Assembly: GCA_012295275.1 (NCBI GenBank)
Contig: CM022675.1
Span: 16,430,001 to 16,494,000 of the forward strand
DNA: 64,000 nt
Direction: 5' to 3'
Source of the DNA: Chrysomallon squamiferum
Taxonomy: Eukaryota > Animalia > Mollusca
Shown here: positions 51,515-64,000 of the stretch, one piece after another
How positions within the stretch are numbered: the stretch's first letter is position 1
How the letters are laid out: every line of letters starts with the position of its first letter
Notes under the pieces: generated by a model
What the model was told of the DNA's origin: nothing
Seen by the model: the letters and a program-made list of their open reading frames with translations, nothing else
Databases searched by the model: none
Made by a program: the position numbers and the translations under genes

Positions 51515-52426
51515 AAAATGATCATCTGTTTGAGTTTCTTGTTCTAACAACATTTGTATGAGAACTTCTTGACCCTGCTGTGACTAATAAATACTGTTGA
51601 TACTAAACATAATGTAGTCTGGATAATACTGAAGTTATTCTGCAGGCTCTACAAGTAACCTCTTTTCATATCTTTAAATAGACAGCCTTTTCTTCATTTT
51701 CTGTAAACATGCTCATGCATTTAAAATTATAATATTAAAAATATATTGAAAATTGCAAGTATTTTATTTCACAATTGGATGTGTTCTTCTTATGTAATAG
51801 TTTGTGAAGAACTGAACTAAAATGTTTCATGTCTAAAAGCAGTGGAGAACATATTAAAAGTGAAAAGCAAAACACTTAGTGTTTAACGGCTATGTTTGTA
51901 CTATTTGTAAACAATACATATTTGATAATAGATACAAGAAATTTAAAACAAACAAGGAAGAATTTAAATAGCCAGCTAGAACACACACATATTCACACAG
52001 TGATAGATATTCATCCATACAGACATGTATGTATACATATTGTATACATAACTGTTATAAGCAATATTTTTAATCCTGAAACTAATAAAATGTGTAAGAA
52101 CAGTTTTTTATATTAATTATACACTATATATAAATATAATCACTTAGGACAGTAAACAAGTCACTTGGGAAAATAATATTTATTATTTGCTATATGAGTA
52201 TGATCACATAAAACATGGATTATCAATTTTCCTACAGAAATTATATTATAATAAAATCATAAAGATATGACTGAAGAGTTTATATAAAAATTGTAAATGT
52301 TTTATATTATGTTAACCAAGAAATAATTTTGGTAGATATACCAAATTACAGTTATTAAAATACCTGCTAGTATTCAATCTGCCAACTGACTTTTATATTT
52401 TATTTTTATTATTATTATTATTTTGT

Positions 52427-52465
<39 letters not shown>

Positions 52466-53325
52466 CCTAAAGGAGATTTAAACTTATTTTATCACTTTTG
52501 CCGACACCATTTAAGTCAGAACTTCATATATCTTGGTATTGATATTTGAATTCAATTACTATTTTTAAATATATATTTTTTGCTGTTAAATAGGATTTAT
52601 ACACAGATTAAACTGTCCTTTTGGGTATAATGAATAAAAGTATGTTGTGCTTTTCTTATTTATCTATTTATTAGTGGTAATTTAACTGTCTATAATAACT
52701 TCTAATGGTACAATAAATAAAATATATATATATATATTAAGGATTTAGAGCTGGCGTGCATTTTAATCATCATTTTGTAGTTGTCATGTAAAACAAAAGG
52801 GGGAATAAATTGTTTTATACATACCTGTGTGTTATTTATATTATTATTATTATTTAAACTTTAAAATAAAAAATATTACAAAGTTAAATTAGAGTTTTTC
52901 TTACACAGTTTGTAATCTGATTGTTCTGGTCAGTCAAAACATGTTTTTGAATTTTAAATTATTTGTTAATACTAAATAACTATTTATTTTAATACCATAA
53001 TTACCTTACTCAATTTTTTTTTTATTAGTGAACAAAATACCATAACTTTTCCTTATTTTTACAAAATGATCATCTGAGTTTCTTGTAACAGAACATTTGT
53101 ATGAGAACTTCTTGACCCTGCTGTGACTAATAAATACTGTTGATATTAAACATAATGTAGTCTGGATAATACTGAAGTTATTCTACAGGCTCTACAAGTA
53201 ACCTCTTTTCATATCTTTAAATAAACAGCCTTTCCTTCATTTTCTGTAAACATGCTCATGCATTTAACATTATAATAGTAAGAATACATTCAAAATTATA
53301 AGTATTTTATTTCACAATTGGATGT
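51515..53325 (+). repeat. Direct duplication of ~265 bp in AGAP intron 1 (~51515-51780 and ~53060-53325)
   Basis: TTTACAAAATGATCATCTG...ACATTTGTATGAGAACTTCTTGACCCTGCTGTGACTAATAAATACTG...TTTCACAATTGGATGT occurs twice. Confidence 0.9.
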
Positions 53326-56300
53326 TCCTCTTTAAAATGGCAACTGTATTAATTTTAATATAGATTTCTGTAGGGTTGTTCCATACAATAATATTTTAAA
53401 ATCTCACATATTTTTCATTTGTATTAATTTTAAAATAGATTTATGTGCTGTTCCTTCTGTTGCCAACAACAACCACAAAAAAAAAAAAAAAAAAAAAATA
53501 TAATTAAAAAAAATAGTAATAAAATATTAAAATAAAATAAAATAAAATAAAATAAATCATTGTAATATTTTAGCAGTTTTAAAATAGATTTTGGTTATTA
53601 AAATTATTTTGAGAAAATGTCTAAGGTAAAATCATTAATTTAAATATAAGATTTATGTGTAAATATATTATCACTTAAAGCAATAGTTTATATTACTATT
53701 ATTATTATTATTATTATTATTTTATTTTTTCAACCATTTTGAAAATTATTATTATGCAATGTTTTATAAGTTTGTTTAAAGTTGTATAACTGTGAAGTAT
53801 ATTTTCAGTGAAAAAAAAAATAATAATACAAACATGATTTTGCTCTAGATAAGTTTAAAAAATTTCTAAGTTTGATTCAGGAATACATGTCTGCTTCTCA
53901 CAGTGAAATCTTCATATTTATTATGCAGAACAAATGTCTGCAATTCTCCGAGATGAGAGTGTCTGGGAGGTATCTGCTGTACCTGTATATCTTACCACAG
54001 ATCAGACATCTTTAACACCTTCACCTGGCCCTCTCCATATAATATTACATGTGTATCTACATACTGTAATCTGTTCATTCTAATACATTATCTGTAAGTG
54101 ATATTCATACCAACTTGTCACAGCTTTATTTAAATTATTGCTGTTGTTGATGATGTGATTTCTTTCAAGTGAAACTAGAAAATATATTTGAAAATTTAAT
54201 ACAAAATTATTGTTGTAATCACCATCATTGTTATTTTTTCTTTAATTTTTAATTCTTATTTTGTTTGTTTTCACAAATAGAGAACTTAATTTATTGAACT
54301 GAAACATTTTTAACAACTAACAAGTATGTGTGTGTATATGTGACTGTATGTACACGACAAAATATATACATAGCATAACTTAGCTTGTTTGTTATTGATC
54401 AGACAATTAACATAGCAATGTCTTATGTCACAGATGGAGTATTGTTAAAACAGACTTTGTGAATCACTCTTTACTCATAACACAAATTACTCAAATTCCT
54501 CATCTAGTCTTAGTCTTTCTCTAGTACTGCATCACAATTATTGATTATTATTTTTTTTAATGTTAGTAATGTCGCTGATGTTTTTTATTAATATATCAAT
54601 AATATTGATACCTTTATTTTTATTAAATATTAATGTCATCATTATTGTTTTTGTGCATTATTATTATTATTATTATATTTAATATGTTTATTGTTATTAT
54701 GTTTAATATTATTAATATATTAAGGTCACTTTATTTTATTTTTTATTTTTAAATTATTACTATCATCTGAGAGACATAAGTTTCAATTAATAAACTGTTA
54801 TTCAAGTAATCATGATAAATCCTATGTACAATTGTTACACTCTGTATTGATAAACCTCAGTTTACCACATTGTACAAATACCTGTGAGAATTTTAATAAT
54901 GAAATGTTTTTGAGAGTGTCTTTCCCATGTTACAGTGGAAGTTGTAAACAGTGTTTATGTTATATCAGTGAGATTTGGGTGTGATTTCCCATTATTTCAC
55001 TGTAGGAGAATTTGACTGTTCTGAATTATTAGTCTGTTAGTAGTTGTAGTTTTCTTTTCCTTTTACAACTATAGTTATGACACATCTTTGTTCTTGTGTT
55101 TATATCTGATTCTAAAATCACTTTTTCCTCTCTGATGTTTGCACTCTAATAAGAAATACTCACTGCCTTTTCACCAAGATATAAAAGATATGTTTGAAAT
55201 GTCTTTGATATTAAAAGTTCTGATAAATCATTTTTATTTTTTTGCATAAGAAGGATGGATCACATGTGGCAGTCATTTTATTCCTGCAGTTTCTTGGTGC
55301 CTGTGAAGTTTTTGATCAGTTACATATCATGATGGATAACAGTGTTATTTTGGCTTTTGCAGTCATCATCAAAGTATTGTAACAATTCAGTTATATGTAG
55401 ATACCATAAATATATAGAATAAAAATATCTGGGTTTCTTGGGGGGGTTAATAAATATTTTTATGAAATGTCTGAAGATCAATGTATTCTAATAATTTTAT
55501 TATAATTATGTAGATATTTGTTTTGCTTTATTCATAAACAGTTGCTATTTTTTCTTCTTTTTTTTGGTAAGAATAATATTTCAAATAAGAAAAATATTTT
55601 CAGCCCAAGTTATAAAAAATGCCTGTCCAACATAATCTGAAGAAACTAGAGGCATTAGGTACAGATATTTTATTTTATTGTGAAGAGCTGAAATCAGAAT
55701 GTCTTACAACAGATGAAGACAATAAAAACACAAATATACTTTATTTTATCATCAGGAACTGGAATCAGAGCTGCCTTACAATAGATGAAGAGTGTAATGG
55801 AAACAGAAATATGCTGTGATCATGTTAGTTGATAATTGAAATCTTTGTTATTTTAGTAACACAACTGGGCCCAGCCTGTCACCTTGTCTCACACATCTAA
55901 AACACAAGTGTGGCCGAGGCTTTACAGGCAGTTCAAAATAACATTAGAGAAAAAACCCATTAAATCAAAAAAAAAAAAACGTACAAAAAAACCCCCCAAA
56001 GTATAAAAAAGGAAAAAAGAAAAAGGTTTGAAAGAAAGAAAATCTTCACTATGTAAATATTTGTTTTTTTTAAAGTTTTATTCAAGATTAGTTAAAGAAA
56101 TGTTTATTTTTATAAAGTTAGGATGTTGGTGTTTGATTTGTTTTTTCATTTTTTTCTTTTTCTTTTACTTTTTGATTGTTTTTGTTTACATTTTTGTTAT
56201 TTAATTGTTTGTAAGCAGAGGCATATGATCTACAGGTTCAAACATATGAAAATAATTAAAGATTCCTAATTAACATTGAGAAAATAAGTTGGCAGTAGTC

Positions 56301-59300
56301 TGTGTGCTGTTTTTTATTCTAAATAGAACTGTCATCAAGTACATTTCAACTTCTTTTTCATTTATTTTGCTTTACTTTTACTTATTTTTTTCTTTCTATT
56401 TTTGCTACCTCACCAGGATAATTAGTAAATCAGATTTAAAATTAAACATATTCTGTTTCAGAAACTTTAGAAATAGTTTGAACTGCAATGCATTTATTGT
56501 TTTATAAAACCATACACATGCATACATATAGACTGCCTTCCTATTTCCATTCTTTCTCGTTGTTACTCTTTCTGTCACTTTATTCAACTCTCTTTCTCAC
56601 TTGCCTAATGTCTTTGTCAGATATACACACATTCACGGTCAACAGTAACAAATAATTTTATGAATTACATTATCTCTATCATTGTGATTTACACAGCCTG
56701 GAGGTAATAATCCAGTTTGTTCTGTGAGGTGTAAATCAAGCCAGTGTTGTTATGTGTATTAGTACTGTTAGGCCTGGTCAGGTTACACTGTTCATCAATC
56801 AAATTCCAGCACAGCTTGAGGTCACTTGATATCGTAACCTGCATAACTCAGTCTGTGGTGAGTTTTTATAAAACTGGTGTATTTTCAGTTAGAATAGCTT
56901 TCTAAGTAAAGCTTCTGGATATTTCAGGTACATACGTACTCATGTTGTATTCTTCTCGCTCCTTTCTCTATTCCTCATCTTCTTGGGATTACAAATAATG
57001 TTTTTGTTACACTTATCATTGCCTTTACTTAATGTTTAATTTTTTTAAAAAATTAGATTTTTTTAATTTAATTATTTGTAACCTTTTGTTCCATATGTGG
57101 ATAAAAAGTCCAATTAAAAAGAGAAAATAATCAGAGATATTAATTCTTTATGAGTAAAGGATTTCTTCTTCTAAAATATTGTAATATATTCATTGGCCAT
57201 ACAGTCTAGTCTGTATTGCAAACCTCAAACTACCATGCACTTAAACATAAAAGATAAACACACCTTTATTGGATTCATGCCAAGTACATTTCAGTATGAA
57301 TGGAGTGATCTTTCTTTTTTTCATCAACGTTTTATCCTGTTTTATTTTTTATTTTTTTGAAAATAATAACTCTCTTGTATATACTCTCTTGAATCATAAA
57401 CAAATCATAAGAAAAGGTGTTTATTTTTTATTTTGTTTTTTAAAACTAAAACGTCAGCTTAGTATTTCATTGTTCATCAGATATTTACTTTTGCACTGTT
57501 TGAATGACATTTGCAAATAAATTTATTAATTTGTTCACATATTTATCTTTTCTTATGCAGTTTTATACTGCAGTATCATTAAGCATGTATTCATTTATTT
57601 GATACTACTCTATTTATTATTAAGTAAGTTATCTGACATTCTGTTTTCATCACCTGCTGTACATGTGGTTGTAGTTCTTGTCCTGAAAGGTTATGGATCA
57701 TCACTTCTTAGCTTTTGCACTCAGAGACAAATAAGAAAAATCACTGATTCTGTCAGTGTACAATTCTTTGCCTTCTTTTTCTCTCACTTCAGATTAACAT
57801 TGCAGAACAGACTCATCACATTTGACGTATTTGTTTAACTCAGTCTGTCATGAATATTTGTTATTTCTACATTAGTGTAATTGCAGAAATAATGTATTTG
57901 AATTAATTGTTGTAAAAACTAACCACTGCAGACATTTTAATTTAATTTCCTGAAACATTTTTTATTTTTATTAATTTATTTTATCCATATACTTTTTGCT
58001 TTTGTTTTTTGTGATCAAAATATTATTTATAATAAAGTTATTCATAGAATTTAAATAATTTATTAACTATTTTGAATTTGTAATTAAGGCATACAGTTTT
58101 AAAATAACAAATAACATTGCAGACTCATTCCATTTGACATTTTTGCTTAACTCAGTCAAAATAATTAATCTATGTTTCAACTGAAATAATTTGTTGGTCT
58201 AAGTTATTCATGTTGTGTACACAACATGCTAGTGATGAATGTTTTACATGAAGTAAGAAGGAACTGTTTTTTCACGTCTCTCTGTTTATTCAGTACAACA
58301 CTTATAAACAGCAGAAATGTGAAGTTTTTCATACACAGTTTGTAGTCAAAAACTGTTTCAATATTTTAAATTTTGTGAATATTAAGTTACTGTTTCCTTA
58401 CTTATTTGTTTAATTTAAAAAAAAAAAAAAATGTTATTAGTCATGGGGTTTGTATAATATACACTTTTTTATCTTTCTTTTTAAAAAAATATTTTTATAT
58501 TATTTATTCATTTCACTTTTTTTGACTTTTATAAACATTTTGTTTCTAAGTTTCTAAAGCTCCTAATCTTAAACTGAGTAAATTTTCTTTTTCCTTAATA
58601 AATCAAGATTTAAAAACTACACCATACATGTATTTTTAAAACCATCTATATTATAAAATAAAATTACTCATTTCTAGCTACACATTTTTTTCTATAGCTT
58701 TGCCTTTTACTTCAACATATTTCTAACATTTATTTTAGTTCACCATTTTTAAAAAGAAATGAGATAAAATACAGAACAAAAATAAATATTAAACAACTGT
58801 AACGTTATCATATTTATTTCATTTTTTTTTTTTTCTTTTTTTTTCCCCCATTTTCTATTCTTTTTTAGTTTTTAGCTTTTTAAAAATAATTTTTATGTTT
58901 GTATTTAATATTTTGTATGTTTTTAAGAAGCTGTATTTACTCTGATGGTGTTTGTAATCTTACAGTTTACTTTGTTTCACCTGCCAGGCTGTTTACCATG
59001 AAAACAAACAAGTGTCAGAAATTGAGTTAGCAGTGTATACTCTCTGTCAAATCATGTTTGATAATTTGCTGCCTAAATTATTTAATATTTTTGTTTGGCA
59101 TGTAGCTTAGAGGCTAGGGGAGAGATCAGCATGTAATAGGCTGCAGGATCAGTCCATGGTTTGTTTTACCTCTGAAAGCTGGATGATGAAGTAAAGTTCT
59201 TAAAAAGTTAGTCATTGTTAAGAACGGTTTATGACATTATGGGGGGGGACCATTAAAATGTTCATTTGACAAGTTATTACTTTCAGTGTTAAAATGTTGC

Positions 59301-59343
59301 TAAATATTCCTGTGTTACTTCAGTAATATTTTTGTTTTTTCAG

Positions 59344-59402
59344 ATTCGTTTGTAAACAGTCAGGAATGGACACTGAGTCGATCAGTTCCAGATTTGAAGT
59401 TG
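59344..59402 (+). CDS. AGAP1: AGAP coding exon 2 (DSFVNSQEWTLSRSVPDLKL)
   Basis: 59 nt, ttttcag|...|gtaagt; hallmark FVNSQEWTLSRSVP motif; in frame with exon 1; too short for the ORF track. Confidence 0.95.
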
Positions 59403-60752
59403 GTAAGTATTAACATTCAGACAACTGAATTAATACACAGCAAAAATTACTTACATAGATATTAATTGTTCATTACTCATAGATGCGTTTACTATTAAAC
59501 AACTTGGTATAACTGTAATAAAAGATGTGTTATATTATGGTTCTGCTTAACTAAGTATAAAATTGTGTGTTTCATATAAATTATTCAGTGTTTTATAGTA
59601 ATTTTGTTAAACAAAACATTTTAATCTCAGAATAAGTATGTATGTTACAAATCAGAATTTTGTTGACATCATTTTTGTTTTGATAGTAACTGCTAGAAAA
59701 ATGCCAAGTGTGCAGAGAGCAGTCACCGAAATGCAGGTTTTCTGTTGATTCAATGCAATTATTTACTAATGTCTTCATTATAAGGGATGCCAATCTTCAT
59801 TGTCATTTTTGAATTTTTCAGATTTGTTTGATTACAAAACTAATTCAAACACATCGACCAACCTATGGTTTTCATTCAGAATTAAATATATTTATTACTA
59901 AAACATTTCAACTAAAACTGATGAAATCTCATTCAGTTCTGTGGTTGTGAAGACAGGTTTTTCACTTGAGTTGCTGTTGGTCAGATGGAGCATCATGGCA
60001 AATGAAATTCAGTTAAACAAAAAAGCTCTTCATTCTGAATATGTTTAACTATTATATTTCCATCACATTTTTATAGAACTTCTATAATAAAACCAAAATA
60101 ACATTTCAGATTATACATGGTGTGAGTTTACTCATCACCGTCTTCTTGCTTACCATTCATTCATGATTTCTGACCAGATTGTTTTTTGTTTAAAATTTAG
60201 GTCATGTAATCTAGATGACGTCATTGGACAGTGTCTCTATTTATAAAACAACTCATGATTACAGTTGCTTTTTTTAAACAATATTTATCTCATTATTCTA
60301 AATTGTTGATAGTACTCTCTACAGCTGATATCTCAGTATAACTATCCTCAAAACTTTAATCTGATTATCTTAAAAATTAATGGAAATGCAGGACATTTTT
60401 TTCCCTTTCTGTCATAGCTAAATCATAGATATTAGATGAATAAATGGTGAAAACAGCAGAAAAAAAGGGGCAATTTTTAACATAATTAAAATGCCTATAA
60501 CTCATTATTTATTAATATATTTTGAACATCTTGGAATCATTTTGTTATTTGTTTAGTACTCTTTATAATGGAATAGAATGTTTGGAAGTTTGACCAGATT
60601 CATATTTTTTTGTGACATATAGAATAAAACAATAATAATAATAATAAAACTTTTATTCTTTTCATTTCCTTTTTTTTTAAAATTATTATTTTTTTTTTTT
60701 TTATCAGTGCATTCAGATATTTGTCATAATTATAAAACTGTTTTGTTTTCAG

Positions 60753-60840
60753 GGAATTCTGGGAAGTGTGCAGAGTGGAAAGTCTGCTCTTGTTCATCGA
60801 TACCTCACTGGCTCCTTCATGCAGGAGGAGTCACCTGAAG
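60753..60840 (+). CDS. AGAP1: AGAP coding exon 3 (GTPase-like domain P-loop, [29 protein letters not shown])
   Basis: 88 nt, AG/GT flanked; GxxxSGKS P-loop and ALVHRYLTG motif. Confidence 0.95.
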
Positions 60841-61582
60841 GTTTGACTCTTTTTTTTCATTAACAGAGATCAGGCAGAAAAATTAAATTAGAGATATACC
60901 AGATTATAATATGTATTGCAAAGACTTGACCAAAGAAAGAAAAAATTAATGAGATCAAATGTAGAGTTAAGATTACTTAGAGTTTATACCAGTGGACGTG
61001 TATCAATCTTTGACATGGAAAATTAGTATGGAGTTTGGATTAATAATATTTTATACCAATATCTTTGAGAAATGGAAAAATTAAACAGTAAGAATAAAAT
61101 TTGGAAATTGGAAATTAATTTTTAGCAGTAATTTGGAGACACTAAGTAAATGTACATGAGAAATGTGTATGTGTTTCTAGCTGCACATCAGTACTGGATG
61201 TCAGTAACCCATCCTGTCCTGTATACACAGGACACACATCTTTATAGACAGGGCACACATCTGTATAGACAGTTATTAACAGTGTCATGAATATTTAATT
61301 TGTATTTTTCTTATTTATTTATTTATTCATTCATTTATTTATTTATTGAATTAATTAAGCTGAAAGCAGTTAATATGGTTTATTTATAATGCTAAACAAA
61401 ACATTTTCTTTGTTTTGATTGAAACAGAACTAATAAAAGTATTAGAATGTATTTGAAGTTCTCCAAGAAATGTTCCCCTAAATGATAAACTAAATCTCAG
61501 GGTAGATGACTCTTCAGATATTAATAATAAGTGAAAAACAAACTTCTGGCAATATTTTTGGCAATGTTTCTTTTCTTAACAG

Positions 61583-61668
61583 GTGGGAGGTTTAAGAAGG
61601 AAGTTGTTAGTGATGGCCAGAGTTATCTGCTCTTGATAAGAGATGAGGGAGGAGCGCCGGAAATGCAG
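61583..61668 (+). CDS. AGAP1: AGAP coding exon 4 ([29 protein letters not shown])
   Basis: 86 nt, AG/GT flanked, in frame; LLLIRDEGG motif of centaurin-gamma GTPase-like domains. Confidence 0.95.
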
Positions 61669-63612
61669 GTAGAGATTATTTGTAAATATTTCACATTTAG
61701 CATTTTATCCTACATTCTGATAACTGTACTGTAAAGGTGAATGATTTCTTATGTTTCACAGTCAAAATTAAAACCTGTTTAGAATTATTTGTATTTAATA
61801 ACTGCACTTAGTTGAATTATTTGAATGTTATTTGAATGGTAGAGTAAGGAATGATTGCTTTGATGATGAGTTCTCACAGCACTCACTGATCTATTTCCCA
61901 TTCCAACCTTAGGTTCACAGCTACTTTTTTAGAGTATGATGTTCTTTCCATGAGATGAAACATGAAAATAATCCCTTACTGCTAAACACAGAGGTGTCAT
62001 GGAGTGATGAAAAGACATTAACAGAATCTTTGAAATTAACTTAAAGAGATTAAAAGGTGTCCATGGATTTATCACATTAAATGAAGTGATGCAAATAGAT
62101 TAGAAGTCCATGTAATGTGGACTGACATTTCCACTCTTGTAATTGACAACATTTATGGTGCAGAATGGGTTTAGGTTTCTTTAAAGATTTATTTCATTAA
62201 GAAGCAGCCCAAAGTTACAATATGCTGCTTATATTTCTTTCCATGATTTATGGAGAACATTTTATAAAAATGTATGTTTTAGTCTCTACCAAATAAATTT
62301 GTGAAAACATGTTTACATATGCCCAGATTTTTTACCTATTGCAGCTATCTTGTGTTGGCTGAACAAGTAGTTCATCATATGACATGACACATTTTCCATA
62401 TTTTATATCCCATCAGAGATACAATATATATTATCCATATCTCTGATTAAGTTAAATGTTTCAGATAATCACTCAGATTAAGGGACCATGTATTAACTGG
62501 TGTTCAGTTGTTTTTCATTTATTTTTTATTTTATTTTTTTCTATTATTATGTATAGTACTAAATGGAAATATTATTTATAAATCTAAATCTTAGTTACAT
62601 GATTTTAATCAGTACACAACTAAACAAGTTTTATTAACTAGAAAGTATTATGGTAATTTTATGTTTTTATTTTTATACTTTGTCAAGGACACGGGGACTC
62701 AGTCTTTGTATTTAATTTGCATTCTTTATTAATTCTTAATTTAATTTTATTTAATTTAATTTTTAAAATTTTTAAATTAAGTTTATTTGATTTTATTATT
62801 TTTAGAATAATGTATTTTTTTTTTTTTTTTTTTTGTTAATTATTTAATTTAATAGAATAAAAACCAAATAAATGCATTTTAAAAAGATTTTAAACATTTT
62901 CAGAAAAAGAATGTTTATTATTATCTCGTTAGTATCTGGTGAAAGATTACAGACACAGAGAGTAGTGTAATGTTGTTTTTCATACTGACCACTAGGTGTG
63001 ACTAGATAGTACAAAGTCAAGATCTACTTCAGTTTTATCTCTCTTTCATGTTGGGCTGTAAAATGCTTTGACCTGATTTTAATTTGAGTTTTATCTTAAT
63101 GGAAATACAGTATGGTCCATAATAACAATCCTTTAACCATTTTACAGCTCTTCCCATTATGACTTTTATTTGATTACTCAAATGAACAGAAGTTAAAATT
63201 ATGTTCTTAAAAAGTTCTTTCTGATTAATTGCATCAACACAAACTGTAGCACATTTTGAAGGAATGGTATTCACAAGCAGTTTGAACTGAAAGTTTGTGA
63301 AAGAAAATCACAGTTTGTTTCTGCCATTACTCATTACTATCAAAAGAAACCACTTCACCATTAAATTTACTGTTACAGTGAAACTTAGCTTCTAACATAC
63401 CTCTGTCATCAGATTGGCTGTCACTGTGAAACCAATTATTATAATCAACTTCACTGCCAGAATGAGAGATATAGTTTGAGGGGAAAAGAAAGAGATTTGA
63501 ACAGGGATTGGCATGTAAGAGAAAAACAATTATGAAGATACAGAATGTGATTGTTATGATTTTGTGTTGTCTGTAAAGAACTGTTTTTTAAGATTAATTT
63601 TGTTTGTTTCAG

Positions 63613-63754
63613 TTCACTCACTGGGTGGATGCCATTGTGTTTGTCTTCAGTCTGGAGAATGAACTCAGCTTTCAGGCTGTCTACAGCTATTACGCAAAGA
63701 TGACACACTACAGAAACGCAGCAGAAATACCTCTTATTCTAGTCGGCACCCAGG
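63613..63754 (+). CDS. AGAP1: AGAP coding exon 5 (FTHWVDAIVFVFSLENELSFQAVYSYYAKMTHYRNAAEIPLILVGTQ); gene continues beyond window
   Basis: 142 nt, AG/GT flanked, in frame; WVDAxxFVFSLE and LVGTQ motifs. Confidence 0.95.
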
Positions 63755-64000
63755 GTAAATTTATACCTCTTATTCTAGACATAACTCACAATATTTATAC
63801 ATCTTGTCCTGGTCAGCATAAGGATAAATTTATACTTCATGCTTGTGTTGGATACTGGGTAAATTTATACTTATTCTAGAAGGTATTCATATTCCAGTTG
63901 GCTCTTAGGGTAAACTGTACAGTTCTTAAACTTAACAAAATTTAGTTTTTAAACTTGTTAGTTCTAAATGCTTTTTAATTAAACATATTTTAAATTGTTT

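Overview
AT-rich, microsatellite-dense animal (invertebrate-like) genomic DNA; nearly all long ORFs in the supplied track are simple-repeat artefacts. Manual splicing reveals two real gene systems. (1) At 0.3-35.6 kb, a cluster of small multi-exon genes for secreted cysteine-rich proteins built from phase-1 exon modules: signal peptide + 1-2 EGF-like domains + two ShK/CRISP-ICR-like domains. It has three intact copies (A 307-2583 minus, B 17185-20313 minus, D 33926-35557 plus), one frameshifted copy (C 29857-31956 minus, head-to-head with D in a ~6.5 kb palindrome) and one orphan relic exon (14803-14874). The copies share a TATA promoter, have unusual 4- and 5-cysteine domain variants, and differ mostly by amino-acid-changing substitutions, as toxin/defence peptide families do. 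(2) At 49.1-63.8 kb, the first five coding exons of an AGAP (centaurin-gamma) gene, running off the window end. The intervening DNA is a mosaic of local segmental duplications, minisatellites, a GC-rich foldback element and SINE/tRNA-like relics. Exon coordinates were derived by hand; repeat boundaries are approximate.
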